From assembly GCF_006345805.1 (NCBI RefSeq), contig NC_043002.1, forward strand, positions 37,758,001 to 37,822,000: a stretch of 64,000 bases of DNA. Direction: 5' to 3'. Source of the stretch: Octopus sinensis (lineage: Eukaryota). Shown here piece after piece: positions 1-13,318 of the stretch (positions within the stretch are counted from its first letter, which is position 1; the number at the start of each line of letters is the position of its first letter). The notes below the pieces were generated by a model. It ran no database searches. It had not been told where the DNA came from and saw only the letters and a list, made by a program, of their open reading frames with translations. Both the position numbers and the translations under genes were made by a program.

Positions 1-99
1 CAGAGAAGACAGTTCACCACAACAACTTTGTATTTATATAACATTTTTACAAATTCTATCTAAACTTTGTTGTTTTGGAGAGTAATCGAAAGAGAAGAC

Positions 100-292
100 A
101 GTGTCATATACATACATACATACATACATACATACATACAAGCATATGAATATATATATAGATATATATGTATACATACATATATACATACATGTATATA
201 TACATACATATACACATACGTATATATGCATATACATACATATGTATATACACAGATATCTGTATATACATATATGTATATATAAACATACA

Positions 293-332
<40 letters not shown>

Positions 333-376
333 TATATATATATCGGTATATCAATATATATCTGTAAATATATGAC

Positions 377-412
<36 letters not shown>

Positions 413-450
413 ATATATTCGTATGTGTTTGTGTGTGTGTGTGTGTGTGT
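100..450. repeat. Compound microsatellite (CATA)n/(TA)n/(TG)n
   Basis: Directly visible; accounts for the YI/HT/CV-repeat ORFs in the track. Confidence 0.95.
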
Positions 451-1049
451 GCATGCGTATGTTGTGTATAGCAAGAGGGTAATTATGATAGAAAGATGAA
501 AATAGAAGGTTAGACATAACGAACAATGAATTTCTTAGTGAGGTTTATCATTGATGTTTAATACAAAGCACAAGTTATATGTTCTGTATAAACTCATAGT
601 TTGAGAACATAGCGAGTGATAGAAAAGTGAAACAATTAAAAATAAAGTCTACAGAAATAACTCTATTAAAACGAACGCTTTTACTATTGATCGGTAGGCA
701 AAGCTTGCTTCAAAAAGGAAGAAGATAGACCATTAATTGTCATAAACGTTGGCGATGGAAATCAGCGGAAGAATATATAATTACGAACGTGAAATGAATT
801 CCCAACAGATGATGTGGTATTCTGAGAAAACAAATTTCATAATAGAAAACTGACGTAGTAACTGGTAAACAGAGAAGAGAGTAAATACACTTACTTCTAC
901 ACACGATCAAACGCTGTTACACACACACACTCTTGAAATATTACTTTCGTATACAAAAATGCAGAACAACACGTAGGAAAAAAATCCATACAAACACTTT
1001 GATATGATAATAACTAAAACAAGACGGGTTACTGAAAGAATTTTTATTT

Positions 1050-1215
1050 CAGGCATGGGCAAGCTTTTCCGAGAAGCGGGCCGCATAAGACGTAGCTCAA
1101 CATTAGGCAGGCTGCACTCTTGAAAAATATCAAGGTAATTTCATAAACGTTATTTCCCTCGAGCCATTAGGCGGGCCGTTCGAATAGTCCTGCGGGCCAC
1201 AGATTGCCAGTGACC
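1050..1215. mobile_element. Probable hAT-type MITE remnant
   Basis: Starts CAGGCATGGGCAA, has subterminal GCGGGCCGCA / GCGGGCCAC motifs and a degenerate right end; resembles Charlie/SPIN-type hAT ends. Confidence 0.45.
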
Positions 1216-1267
1216 AAGTCATGTCGTTGCACGACATTCTAAAAACAGCAGACAAATCTTTACCACG

Positions 1268-1344
<77 letters not shown>

Positions 1345-1734
1345 ACTATTGTTCTGAAAATGGAAGGACACGTTGAATATCTTTCGTTATAATGAATATT
1401 TTCAGTAAGAACCGATTAAAGATTAAACAACAGCTAATAAACAAAAGCATGGAGGCTTGCTCTTATGTAGGCTAGTGTGTCTTCAATCTTTCACAAATAC
1501 ACAGAATCAGGCCGATATACATTATCAGAAGTGTATATACCAAAATATTTATAAATTAATTTATACAAACTGCATGATTGACGCATGTTTTGCTTTAACT
1601 TTTCGACACAATAAAATTCATTAGGATTATATTTGTTTTTAAATATTTATATTCAATTATAATTTCGTAACGACAGCACCAAATACAGAAGTACTTTCAC
1701 CTACAAAAGATTTCGCATATATTAATATCAAATT

Positions 1735-1925
1735 TTGGGACAAGGTCAGCAAATTGCAGATGAGGGGATATGTCGATTATAACGACACTTGTATTCAACT
1801 GGTGCTTATTTTGATGGCCACGAAAGGACAGAAGAAGGTAAAGTTGATTACCATGGAATTCGAACTCAGAACGTAAGGTCGGATAAAAATGAAAATAAGC
1901 ATTTTCCCGGCGCGGTAACTTTTCT
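1735..1925 (-). mobile_element. Degenerate SINE family A copy
   Basis: Diverged match to the reverse complement of 55045-55278 (gaattcgaactcagaacgtaa...cccggcgcggtaac). Confidence 0.65.
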
Positions 1926-2010
1926 TACATTTCGCATGCCTTGACGTATAATCAAATGAATGTTTTCATATTTAACTACTACTACCACCTTTATGATGTT
2001 CTGTAATAAT

Positions 2011-2265
2011 AAAATAAATGCGCCCTTTTAAAGCCTAGCCAGGCTCATGGGCCCGGTTTACCGGTTTCTATGGCGTATATGTTCCCCAGCTGGACTACCG
2101 CCAGTCCATCGCAGAGTTACTCATTTTTGCCACCTGAGTGGACTGGAGCAACATGAAATGAAGTTTTTCGCTCAAGAACACAACGCGTCGACCGGTCCAG
2201 GAATCGAAACCACAATCTTACGATCATGGTGCTGATACCCTAACCACTTATCTACGCGCCTCCAC
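2011..2265 (-). mobile_element. tRNA-derived SINE (family C) with 16-bp TSD
   Basis: Minus-strand head gtggaggcgcgtagataagtggttagg...ggtttcgattcc (A/B boxes); GATGTTCTGTAATAAT duplicated at 1995-2010 and 2266-2281. Confidence 0.85.
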
Positions 2266-4390
2266 GATGTTCTGTAATAATGAAGCTAAATTACATATTT
2301 GGTTACGAGAATGTTAGGGTCAGAGTTAGGGTTAGGGTATTAACCAGACATGCACAACAATATGGTTTGATACACGGTTAAGTGTTGGGCAGTAAAACGT
2401 TTTGACCAAAGTTACACAGGCTGAAACCTGATGAAGTAGACCATTGACCAAAGATATATCAGCCGTGGTAATCTCATTCGTTAATGGCACGTACGAATAA
2501 ATTTTTAAAGGCGATAGAGTGTAATTTGTGAGAGATATGGTTGCTATTTTTAGTTTGGTGTGCTTAACTGAAAATATTTTATAAAGAGATTGTAATTGGT
2601 TTAAGCGACGAACAGTCAGTACTCATCACTTAGCAAATAAATATTTTGTTGACTCAATTAGGAAACAAAAAAGTGAATCAATAACGGCAATATTTTAACT
2701 AAGGAACATATGATACACCACCAGATATCATAAAGCAGCTAAATTTACCCTGAATCGTCAAAGAAATATTCCTGACATGTATAATTAACGTGATATGAAG
2801 TCTAATCTATTAAGTTTTGTAATATTCGTTATAACAGTATGTAGCGTAGGGTGCACAGTTATTGAAAATCTCTTCAAAGATGACAGGTAAAGAATATGAA
2901 ATATGTGATACTTAATCAGATGGGGAAAACTAACTTTAAACGGACGTTTACAAATTGAGTTTAACATGATCTAATAATAATTCTCATTGGTACACTGCCA
3001 TAAATTTTGAAGGAAAGCCTAGACAATTGAATCGAATTCAGTATATGCCTTGTTCTGTTTAAATGACTTCAGAGGAATGATTTGACCTCGGGAAGTAGAG
3101 AAACGAAATTATAAACTGTCCACCGCTCTCATAGTTCTGTCACTCCACCAGATACATATAATCGAATAATTGCAAATCGTTCAATGATAAATTATGACCA
3201 ATAATGGATTAAGCTAGGACACATGACTTCATAATCAAATGATTTCGATGTACAATGATAAATTCCTTAAATTCTGATTATTTTGTTTCAGCTAAGAAAT
3301 CTTTATCAGTTAAAATCGAACTAACAATCATACAAAGCCCTGCCATTTATTCGAAAAATCAAATGAAATAAATAAATTAATAAAGGGAATGAAATAAAAT
3401 AATCGTAAAACAACAAAATCAAATAAGGAAAATTTAATAAGCAATAAAACCAAATATATGTTATAATATATGCTATAATGTAATGAATAATCACAGTAAA
3501 TCGGACATTTAAGGCAATTGATTTTAATCGATATTAACAGAGCATTCGTAATATTAGCATTAAATTTTCAGAGTTTCATACTCGCTTTCTTCTTAAAGAT
3601 AACATTGCAGTTATGGGAAACACTGGTTGGTTGATTTGAAAAACTCTTTATATACAGAATCATTGCACTTCTCAGCAAGTATAAGTTAAGCAGCTAATTC
3701 AAACACCTCCTCCTCTTTCTCCTCTTTTTCTTTCTCCTTCTCCAGTGCTGATCAGTTGCCAGAACAAAATGTTTATGACGTCGATGTTTCCGGCTACCCA
3801 AATTACTAGATGATCAGTGTTTCCTGCTCTCAAAATTAACATGCAATAACTATATCCGGTTCATAATGTTATTATATAATTATGGTTTCCAGGTGATAAT
3901 TTCTCATCTCGGATAGTTTTCATGATATGATTCACATAAGTAAATACCTTATAACATTTTCAAGAGGTATTGTTTTGAGATTGCTTTAAAAATATTATTT
4001 AATCAACAATCTAAACCGCATTCCTTATGAATGAACCTTTTAAATATGGCATCAAGATAAAATAATTCATAACTAATTAAATAATTCCTAAAATGGCTAG
4101 AACAAAAGTTATGATTGGATTAGCAGAATTAGTAGTGGTCGTACAAATAGCCTCATTCCTCTTTACGTTCCAAGTAAATTAGGTTGACTTTAGAGTTCAA
4201 CCTCCTGGGGTGGGGTTATGAAAATAAGTAGACAGGTATTGGAATCGCGTTCTTCGACTGTTCGAAATTATCGTCACGAATGTGTGGTTAAGAGGTTTGC
4301 TCAGCAACCGTGTAGTTCCTCGTTCTTAGTAGAAGACACTTGCCCAAGGTGCCACTGAGAAGAACATTGCGTAAGAGTCTTCTGCTATTA

Positions 4391-4929
4391 TTGGGTTGTC
4401 CGGAAAATTCGTGCCGATTTATAGTAGCTTACATTTCGACTTATTTTAGAACATGGTTGAGTCCATAAAATAGGATTTGACTACACCTCCATTTAGAGCA
4501 CAGTTTAAGCTATCTTTTCGTTGAAGAAGACTTATGTTCCTATAACCTGTGTTAATTCTGTAACCCTTTAAAATGGAGAATAAGAAAGTTCATTTTCAGC
4601 ACTTGAAGCTTTGGGAACCAGACAAAAATTGCTGCGGCTCGGCTGGGATGTGTTACCCCACCCTCCATATACACCAGATATTGCTCCTTCGGAATTGTCT
4701 TAACGGTAAAAATTTCAATTACTTGGATGACGTAAAAAAATACCTTGAGAATTCTTTGCCACGAAACCATCTCAATTCTGGGAAGAAGGCATTTTCAAGT
4801 TAAAGGAAAAATGGAGACGCATTGTGCAACAAAATGGTTCATATTTGGTTAATTAAAAATGTAATGGCAAGTATTTATTGACCTTTTTCTTTCCTTTAAA
4901 AATCGGCACGAACTTTCTGGACAACCTAA
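4391..4929 (+). mobile_element. Internally deleted mariner element
   Basis: 30-bp TIRs (ttgggttgtccggaaaattcgtgccgattt; 3 mismatches) with TA at 4389-90 and 4930-31; N-terminal MENKKVHFQH joined to a C-terminal HPPYTPDIAPS motif. Confidence 0.9.
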
Positions 4930-5149
4930 TACATTGGGCTGACCAATAATCTGTGAATGATTTCGCCGTGGAAGTCTGGCGTGTGTCCTTATGTGTATGT
5001 ATGCATTTATGTATGTATATATATGCGTGCAAGTGTGCATATATGTATGTATACTACCACTACTAATATCATTAGTAATCCAGTACCTTCCTCCCCTTTT
5101 TAATCCAATATTCGCCCATAGAGGCTGTTAGAAGCAGTACGTGTAGTAC

Positions 5150-5385
5150 GACAACAACAATGACTGCTATGATAACAGCAACTGTAGCAATAATAAGTGT
5201 AACGGCTTTAACAGTGAGAATAGCAACTGTAGCAGCAGTAGTAACAACAACAGCAACATCAACAATAACAACAACACCGGTAACAGCAACAGCAGAAACA
5301 GCAGTAATAAAAGCGTCAGCAATAACAGTGGCAGCAACGACAGCAATATATCAACAACAAAAACAATGACGACGGCAATGTAAGC
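5150..5385. repeat. Degenerate (ACA/GCA)n trinucleotide tract
   Basis: Directly visible; explains the poly-T/A/L ORFs. Confidence 0.85.
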
Positions 5386-5419
5386 TGCAGAGGCGACTCC
5401 AAAAACAGACACTTACTGA

Positions 5420-5945
5420 TGACATGGCTAAGTCTCCAAAATAGTTTTCGTTCTGACACAGACGGTACGATCTGTGAATGAGAGTAGCAAAGCCCAAGTT
5501 GCAATCGCAGCTGAGGTTTCGGAAGAGGCTGCCCGGAAAATAATATTGAATCGCTGTGTGCCAACAAAAATATGACGCCTAGAAGCAGCCGCCTCACCTA
5601 AGTGGAACGGTCCCTCGAAGATATATCGCAAGACATAGAGCATATGGCCAGGGCAAGGCAGTTCAAGAGCGTGGAGGTTCTTTTCAAAAGCAATGCCATG
5701 GCGTTATAACACTCAATAATTCCTATACGCTATAGGGATCTTACCCATTACCCAGATATTTGAGACGAATCTGCAGGATAGAGTTAGTTCCACCGGGGTT
5801 GGATTTCAAGAGGAAATTAGCATGTGTCTCGGAAGATATTAACATGCTCCTCGGTATAAAAACAAAACGAGAGGAGATCTGGTTTGGAACCAGGCTGGAG
5901 AATCTTCTTCATATCAAACCGGAACCATTTCTAGCATTTTAGATC
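5420..5945 (+). pseudogene. Decayed coding-like relic, possibly LINE ORF1
   Basis: GC-richer tract with protein-like frames broken by stops (LEDISQDIEHMARARQFKSVEVLF; RICRIELVPPGLD). No diagnostic motif. Confidence 0.3.
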
Positions 5946-5947
5946 TC

Positions 5948-6139
5948 TTTACCGACCATTGAGCTAAAGTTAGATATTCTTCCTGACCACGCTGGACCTA
6001 GAATTCATTTATTTGTTTATTACTCTTTAATAGCCATAAACGCGTTCCTCCCCCACTTTAGCAAAATCTTAAAACCCTGATCTCTCACCTCGAACCTACC
6101 CTGACGAAGAATGATACTGGCATTTTACCTTTTATCTTT
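5948..6139 (+). repeat. About 190-bp local direct repeat, copy 1
   Basis: Near-identical to 8239-8431 (tttaccgaccattgagctaaag...cattttaccttttatcttt). Confidence 0.9.
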
Positions 6140-6744
6140 AGTTTTATCTTTATTTTACTTTCGCTCTCTTTCTTTTTTTTCCATCACTTATCCTCTTTAC
6201 CCTCTTTACTTTTTTTATCTTTATCTTCATTTCTACTATTCGCTCTTTCTTTTCTCTCTTCACTCACTCACAACCCCAAATTCTCTCTTATCTATCTGTC
6301 TATCATGATGTCTGTCTCTCTCACATTATATATCCATACGGACCATTTTTCTTACACGTTTACTTGGTCTATTCCTTCAATTTGAATGATTCATTCAAAA
6401 TGCTGCCTGTATTTACCCGGGATTATACTTAAAGGACTATACCTTCACGGAAGTACGGACTAACCTCCATACCCACTATAAGAAGATGAACTGTAAACTT
6501 TATTCTTCTATCTACTGTTTTATTCTTCTATATACAGTGAATTCTCTGTCTGGAACTTTCCTGCATACACATCTAATCTGTGATTACGGAATACCCGGTG
6601 TATGGCGATGCTGATCTTGCGATATCATAGGAACAGGAATAAGCCATTAATCACTTCTCCATTCTTAGTTCACCTTACTCTAATTAGATATTCTAAATGA
6701 CCTGAGATACTCGTCCTGTCGTGGCTTGGTTTTCCTTTCTTTCA

Positions 6745-6782
<38 letters not shown>

Positions 6783-6789
6783 GAATATA

Positions 6790-7190
6790 AAAAAATGGGA
6801 CAAGAGCACAAAACATCCAGACAGTTAGATGATACAAAAAAGGAACAAGAAAAAACAAGGACGGGTCATTCGGAGTTTTCTTTCTTCAGTCGAGTTCCAG
6901 CTTATCTTTGCAATTTCGCCTGGTTATACTCAAGATTGCTCCAATCTTGCCAACCCCAAGAATAAACTAAGCTAAGAGCACTAGATTTCTTGGAAGAAAG
7001 CAGCGAATGTATAAGAAGACAAGGACGGACAATACAAATGCAAATAAAAGGACATAAAATTAAGCTGTCGTGTGTGGAAGTGAAACCTTACGGCAGAGAC
7101 ATAGAAGATGACGGGCATGGGGAGGAATATATATGCTGCAAAGATGGTAGCCGAACCAAGAAAGAAATGTCAGTATTCGCCGAACACCGG
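6790..7190 (-). mobile_element. Possible Penelope-like terminal-repeat remnant
   Basis: Minus strand has a degenerate hammerhead-like CTGAAGA...tccGAAT gacccgtc near 6860-6895. Confidence 0.3.
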
Positions 7191-7212
7191 TCACACACAC
7201 ACACACACACGC

Positions 7213-7245
<33 letters not shown>

Positions 7246-7261
7246 TGTATGTATGTATGTT

Positions 7262-7577
7262 TGGACTGAATACCCGATCGCGCGGTTAAACCATTGGGAG
7301 TGAAGGACTCCTAGCCTTTGTTAAGGCATCCTTCTAGGTGAAGGTAACTCAGTTAACTGGGATAACTCCGACATAAAACCTGCAGCTCAGTGGTTACCGA
7401 TGATGTTGACTTGTTCTTCTTTTCGGATTATGGCTGCTGTTGCTTAGTGAGTGGGACTGACTCAGTGCACAGCCTTTCCTCACTTTAGAAAAAATCTTCT
7501 TGCACAGGCATTGCATGATAACAACAAGATTAAGCTTTGTGCAATGGCCACACTCGATAACGAGGGGGCAGCCACCA
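7262..7577. mobile_element. Dispersed repeat family D, copy 1, inside (ATGT)n
   Basis: 7312-7577 aligns closely with 43786-44050. Confidence 0.8.
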
Positions 7578-7932
7578 TATATGTATGTATGTATGTATGT
7601 ATGTGTATGTATGTATGTATGTATGTATGTATGTATGTATGTATGTATGTATGTATGTCTGTACGCATGTATATATAGAGTGTTTGAAGTGGTGTATATT
7701 GTATATTAAGAAATAGGAGGCAGTCAGAACTTTTGATAATTGTTTATTGACGCTTTCGTCCGTTAATGGAGACTTTCACCTGAAGAGTAACCCATGAACA
7801 GATGACAGTGCTAATAAGCAATTATCAAAAACTCTAACTGCCTCCTTTTTCTTAACATATATAAATTAATAACTCACGGTGGTGCTCCAGCATGACCGTA
7901 GCTGCATGACTGAAACAAATGAGAGGATAATA

Positions 7933-7975
<43 letters not shown>

Positions 7976-8238
7976 AAATAAGAAAATGGAGAAATACATC
8001 GAAATCAAATATCAATTACCAGATAATACTCAATCACATACTTTATTAAACCACCACATAAGAAACTATAAGGTTAAACATAACAATGTAGAACAAAACA
8101 GTGTACATAAAGGAGTGTACATAAAAGAGTAATGTTATACAATAAGTAGAATATGTATAAGAGAATATAAATATAAGTACATATAAATATAAATAGAGAC
8201 TATATATATACATGTATATATACACAGTAGTACCTCGG

Positions 8239-8431
8239 TTTACCGACCATTGAGCTAAAGTTAGATATTCTTCCTGACCACGCTGGACCTAGAATTAATT
8301 TATTTGTTTATTACTCTTTAATAGCCATAAACAAGTTCCTCCCCCACTTTCGCAAAACCTTAAAACCCTGATCTCTTCACCTCGAACCTACCCCGAAGAA
8401 GAATAATACTGGCATTTTACCTTTTATCTTT
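8239..8431 (+). repeat. About 190-bp local direct repeat, copy 2
   Basis: Matches 5948-6139. Confidence 0.9.
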
Positions 8432-8470
8432 GATTACGAATAACTCTTGCCTTTTATATATATATATATA

Positions 8471-8976
8471 CTAGCAGTATCGCCCGGCGTTGCTCGGGTT
8501 TGTAAGGGAAATAACTATATAAGCATTTTTAGAGAGTTACTTCCCTTATAAATTCGGGCTTTCTTAGCCATTTTTGTTTTGGTGTCTTCAAGCCATGAAG
8601 TCGTTGTTCTAAAAGAACGCTGGTTTCCTTCACAACGCATTACGACGTTGATTTCTTTACACTCCCTTCCCCACAGCTTCACGAGGGAGGGAAGGGGGAG
8701 AAGCAAACAGGTGCAGCTGTGAGCGTGGACGCCAACTCCGCCGCCATCGACATACGATGCATTTTATGCATTAAAATGGAATAAAAAATGATGTTAAATT
8801 ATTTTTAAAATCGTAGACTCATCGTTGACGCGCGCTAATAGTCAGACGGGCTCGATATGAATCACAACTATAAGATACCCGAATTTGGTTAAACTGCACC
8901 GCAAAATGTGGGAGGAGTTAGGAATCTAAATCGAAGGGGACAGACACTCACACAACTAGAGTTTTATATATATAGA
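8471..8976 (-). mobile_element. Non-autonomous Helitron-like element
   Basis: Minus strand: A|TCTATATATATAAAA 5' end, 3' hairpin cccgagcaacgccggg, then CTAG|T. Confidence 0.85.
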
Positions 8977-9073
8977 TATATATATATACATATATGTATA
9001 CATACATGCATACATACATACATATATACATACATATATACATACATATATATATATATATACAAATATATAT

Positions 9074-9123
<50 letters not shown>

Positions 9124-9124
9124 T

Positions 9125-9356
9125 ACCGGAGTAAGCACATAAATATGAAACAAGGTGGAAAAAAGAGTACTCAGATACCAGAGGTAGAGTAATATGCTTT
9201 ATTTAAAAGCAGCAGAAATATAACAAAAGCTGTTACTCAGAGTTTCACGTTCCCGTTCGTCGGATAGTTTTTATGAAAAACTATCCGACGAACGGGAACG
9301 TGAAACTCTGAGTAACAGCATTTGTTATATTGCTGCTGTTTTTAAATAAAGTATAT
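9125..9356. mobile_element. Penelope-like terminal repeat with inverted partial copy
   Basis: 81-bp arms 9192-9272 and 9276-9356 with a 3-bp spacer; both arms carry a hammerhead-like core. Confidence 0.75.
9281..9319 (+). ncRNA. Minimal type-I hammerhead-like motif (variant core CCGACGA)
   Basis: CCGACGA - ACG/GGAA/CGT stem II - GAAA - C TCTGA G - TA site; stem I only partly paired. Confidence 0.45.
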
Positions 9357-9599
9357 ATATATATATATATGTATGTATATGAAGCACGATTTATTCGTAA
9401 TCAGAGGTGTTCGAAAACTGAAGTAATGTATATATGCGTTTGTGTGTGTGTGTGTACATTCTGTTTTAGTTATAGCAGCTAGAAAGCCAGAAACAATGCG
9501 ATTGACTGATTCCTTGAATCAGCCCACTATTATTTATAGCGTTACAATTTGCATTCTGCTTTGTTATCATAGTTATCATAGTTCTTAATAGCAAGCCAT

Positions 9600-12500
9600 T
9601 GCTTTTCTGCTGCAGTTAAATATATTTTTGTCCCTCTCAACTAGGACTGATAACTTTCTGTGTTCACTTCTTTATTTAGGTACCAGCCATATAAGAGGGG
9701 TTTCTTAACACCATCTTGTTATATCTTTCTGTTTTCCCATTTTCATCTTAGTTTTCTATTCTCCAAATTTTCTTTTGTTTCCCCTCCATTCGCCTCAAAG
9801 CTGTCCGTTACTTCAACTTCTGTTTTTTTTTATTATTTATTAATAATTTGTAGATATTTCTGTATATTTTCCTTTCTTCTTTACGGGGTATTTTTGAGGT
9901 CCGTCAAATGTTATTCCATAAAAGTCTCCTAGTTCTCAGTATTTGTGATAAATATAATTTTCCTGTGCTTGATTTTCCGTTGTGTATTCTAAATACTGTC
10001 ATTATTTTCTGTATTTTCCGAGCTCACCAGTTGAAAATATTATTGTTATAACTACGGTTATAATTACAACTTATTCCTGGGATCGCTGCCAGAGTACTTA
10101 TGTCTGTTTACTTTTGGCATTTCTTTAACTGAATTTTAATTATCTAATACAGCTATATTTCTTCCGAAATTTGTCTTGCGTTTTTGTTCTGGGTTATCCG
10201 GTTAATTTATTCTGAAGTCTATGTTTATGTTTATGTTTGGACTAATTCTCCTATTCTTATTTATCTAACATGATATTAGTGATTTTTAATAATTTTTCTC
10301 TTTTCAAGACTGCCAGAGGGTTTCATGCCAATTTTACAGCTAAATATGTTTACTTAACATGAGTATTCAATTTGATAATTCATATACAGGAGACGATTGG
10401 CTGTGACCCCATTTATGCCCGTATCTATCATGGTTTGCCATTTTGTCAAGCAGTAAATAAGTGGAGTGAAGATTCCCCTTGGTTTATTCGCCTTCTAACT
10501 GACATGGTCGTCTTACGATATCTCTTTTGTTTGATTCCGAATACGTGTTTTCCTTTTATTCATGACATCTCCTGTGTCGGCTTGTTACTGTTGTATTCAT
10601 TAACAAAGTTTCCAGAATCAGAAAATGCGTAACGTTTTTAAAGACATTTCGTTAATTAATGAATTCCTTACACAAAGTCTATTTATCTATGACATTAATT
10701 GAAAGTTTTGTTGTAATGAACGCCTGTCTATAGTAGCAATTTTGTTAATTATTTTTTTATCCTGATGATATTCAATATTTTACAGTAATATTGCTGTTAA
10801 TTCTCCACCGAAGTCGACTTTGCCTTTCATATTTTCAGCGTCGATAAAATAAGTACCACTTGAACACTGGGGCAGATGTAATCGACTTAGTTAGTTCCTC
10901 ACCCCGGAATTTCTGGCCTTGTGCCAAAAATTGCAACCAATCTATTATATAAAATCCGTTTTGTCTGTGTGTGTGTCTTCAAGAATCTCGGGCATCCTCC
11001 ATCCGATTGCGCTCAAATTTGATATGTAGATACCGACGGTATCAGGGCGTGTATAAGTCTTGAAAAACTTACAAAAATCGATTCCAGGAGAGAATGCGAT
11101 CGATAAAGCCGTGGGAACGTGCATTCGTACGCGCAAGTGCATCAGCTGTTGTGATCGATACTACGCGTACGTGAGAAAAATGCACGTGCAGTTAACGCAA
11201 AAAAAGCCAGCTGGCTTGAAATAATGCCACAAAATGCAGTATATTTAAGAGACCAAAAAAGTAAGATGCAAAAGAGATATTTTCTTCAAACTTGGTATGA
11301 ACAAAGGAAAGACTATTTGGTTTCTCAAGAAGTTTATTTTTTTGCCTTTACTTCGTTTAACAAAACTAAAAATTTTATTGAAATAAAGGCATGCTTAATT
11401 ATATTTTAATGAAAAGAAAACACTGATTGCTTTTTATTCAGCAGATATGATTCAGCACCGTCCATTGGACGATGGGGCATCGTTTTGGTCATTGGTGTAT
11501 ATAAGTGATCTGTACAACCATATGTGTGTTTTGAACAGCATTTGTGTTCTTTTAAGAGCGACCTTTTTCATGTTAATCAATGTATCCTCTGCGTTATTAT
11601 TAAGTTTAAGGCTTTGCAAGTTATAAGTAGACAGATTCTATAAGTTTGGTGGGTGAGTCCTGTATCTAGTCGAGGGGATCAAGATGAATTTCTCCCCTTT
11701 CATAAAAATGTTGTTTCTAGCTCTTTCAGTAGATCATTAAATATATTTGCCAACACTATATGTGAAATATTTCAATCAGAAATTTTGAACTTTATCATTT
11801 CATCGTGCCTTTCATTTTTTTTTTATTGCGTTTTGTAGCGTCAATATTAATTCTTGAAGTTGGAGTGACCTCCCATGATGATTCAGGTGCTTCACCTCCA
11901 GTTTAGACGACTTTCACCAATGGTGAGACATTCGTAGTTTATAATCCTTTTCCAAATGTATCTCTTTCGCTGTTGGCACTCACTTCTTTCTATTTCATTT
12001 TAACTTACTTCTTGAAATCGTTTGTTTTGGAGTCGAATTGTTTGATTTATTCAAATGATTGTTGTCTTAGTTCATAGTGAGAAATTCTTTACCTGGGATC
12101 TCTTGCTTCAAGCCTTCTTTCATTTCATATAATTCTTTTGATTATATAATATTGCTGAAGTAATTATTTCCCTTTATTTCATATGTTTATTTTTCTTCTT
12201 GATTTAATTAAGAATTAAGAAATGTTTTTATTTTCCAATCTTTTTCTGTAAACTCGTTTGCCATTTTGTTTGCTTGGGCTTTGATATTTCTGAGTCAGTA
12301 GACTTAGAGAGTATCCATTTTTAATTGTAAATGCTGGTGCTCTTTTATATATTATGTAGTTTATCCTGTGGATATTTACGCTTGCATCTATTTTCATTAT
12401 GTCTAGAACGGCCAGGTGAGTACATATTATAGTTGCTGCTATTCTATCGTTAATTTTCTACTGTTGATTGTGGAGGCTCTGCCTTGTACATAAAATATAT

Positions 12501-13000
12501 GGATGTTAATTCTTTAATTCAACCTTTAGGTTACTGTCTTATTGAGAACTTCACATTGTTAGAATTTGATTTTTATAAACCTTTCTCATATTCTCTTTCA
12601 TTCATATCTTCGTTTTTCTATTTCTGGTTACGATTTTGTTGGTTGGCATCCTAAGGTTTGTTTTTATCTTGTTTGTCATTTACGTTGTTCTTTTGTATAA
12701 GCTAAATCAATCTTGGTGGTTAACGTTCTAAATGTTTTTAAAACTTAATATCTTTAATCTATTTATTTGCATTTTTGTAACGTGAACTTTTTCGTTGCTT
12801 GTATTTTTCTTACGTGTTCTATCTTTTAAGTGAGCTATTTATATATTCTGATATATTTTTCGTTTCAAGAATACATCTTCTTAAGTTAGCTAATCTTTTG
12901 GGATCAAAAGTTAAATTTAGAGCAATATTTTTCTCTCTCCGATTATTATATATTTATGTTGAAGTAGTCCACATTTCTGTGGCTAGTTGGCAAGAAAATT
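9600..13000 (-). pseudogene. Heavily decayed non-LTR/Penelope-like coding relic with younger inserts
   Basis: Strong purine bias on the minus strand and fragmentary RT-like peptides (GSQPIVSC; ESYLLNKKQSV). Clade and extent uncertain. Confidence 0.3.
10941..11400 (+). mobile_element. Helitron/DINE-1-like element (3' end uncertain)
   Basis: A|TCTATTATATAAAA start, (GT)n, and the ccgatt-N6-aaattt motif shared with other elements here. Confidence 0.55.
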
Positions 13001-13263
13001 ATAGTTTAAACTAGATACTTTACTTTCAGAGTCCAATATTTTTTTCTATGATCAATAAAGTGCATATCTGTAATGCAGCAGAGAGACGAAGCTAACCTCG
13101 ATCTCTTTTTGCAAAAAACCTCATTGGTTGTTTGCTTAAGAATTTCGCTTTGATATCAGTTTCAGTTCCATTGCACGGCACCTTCTACTGTATACCTGAG
13201 TCAACCATTGACTTATGAGTAAATTTGGTAAGGGGAAACTGTGTAGAAATCCGTCGCGTGCAT

Positions 13264-13318
<55 letters not shown>

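Noticed and set aside
2313-2338. TTAGGG-like repeats
   Set aside because: Only about three imperfect units; not a telomeric array.
3746-3810. Polypyrimidine tract + AG followed by ADQLPEQNVYDVDVSGYPNY*
   Set aside because: The tract is a CT-rich low-complexity run and there is no other support.
8225-8242. Tigger/pogo-like TIR CAGTAGTACCTCGGTTTA
   Set aside because: No matching second TIR found.
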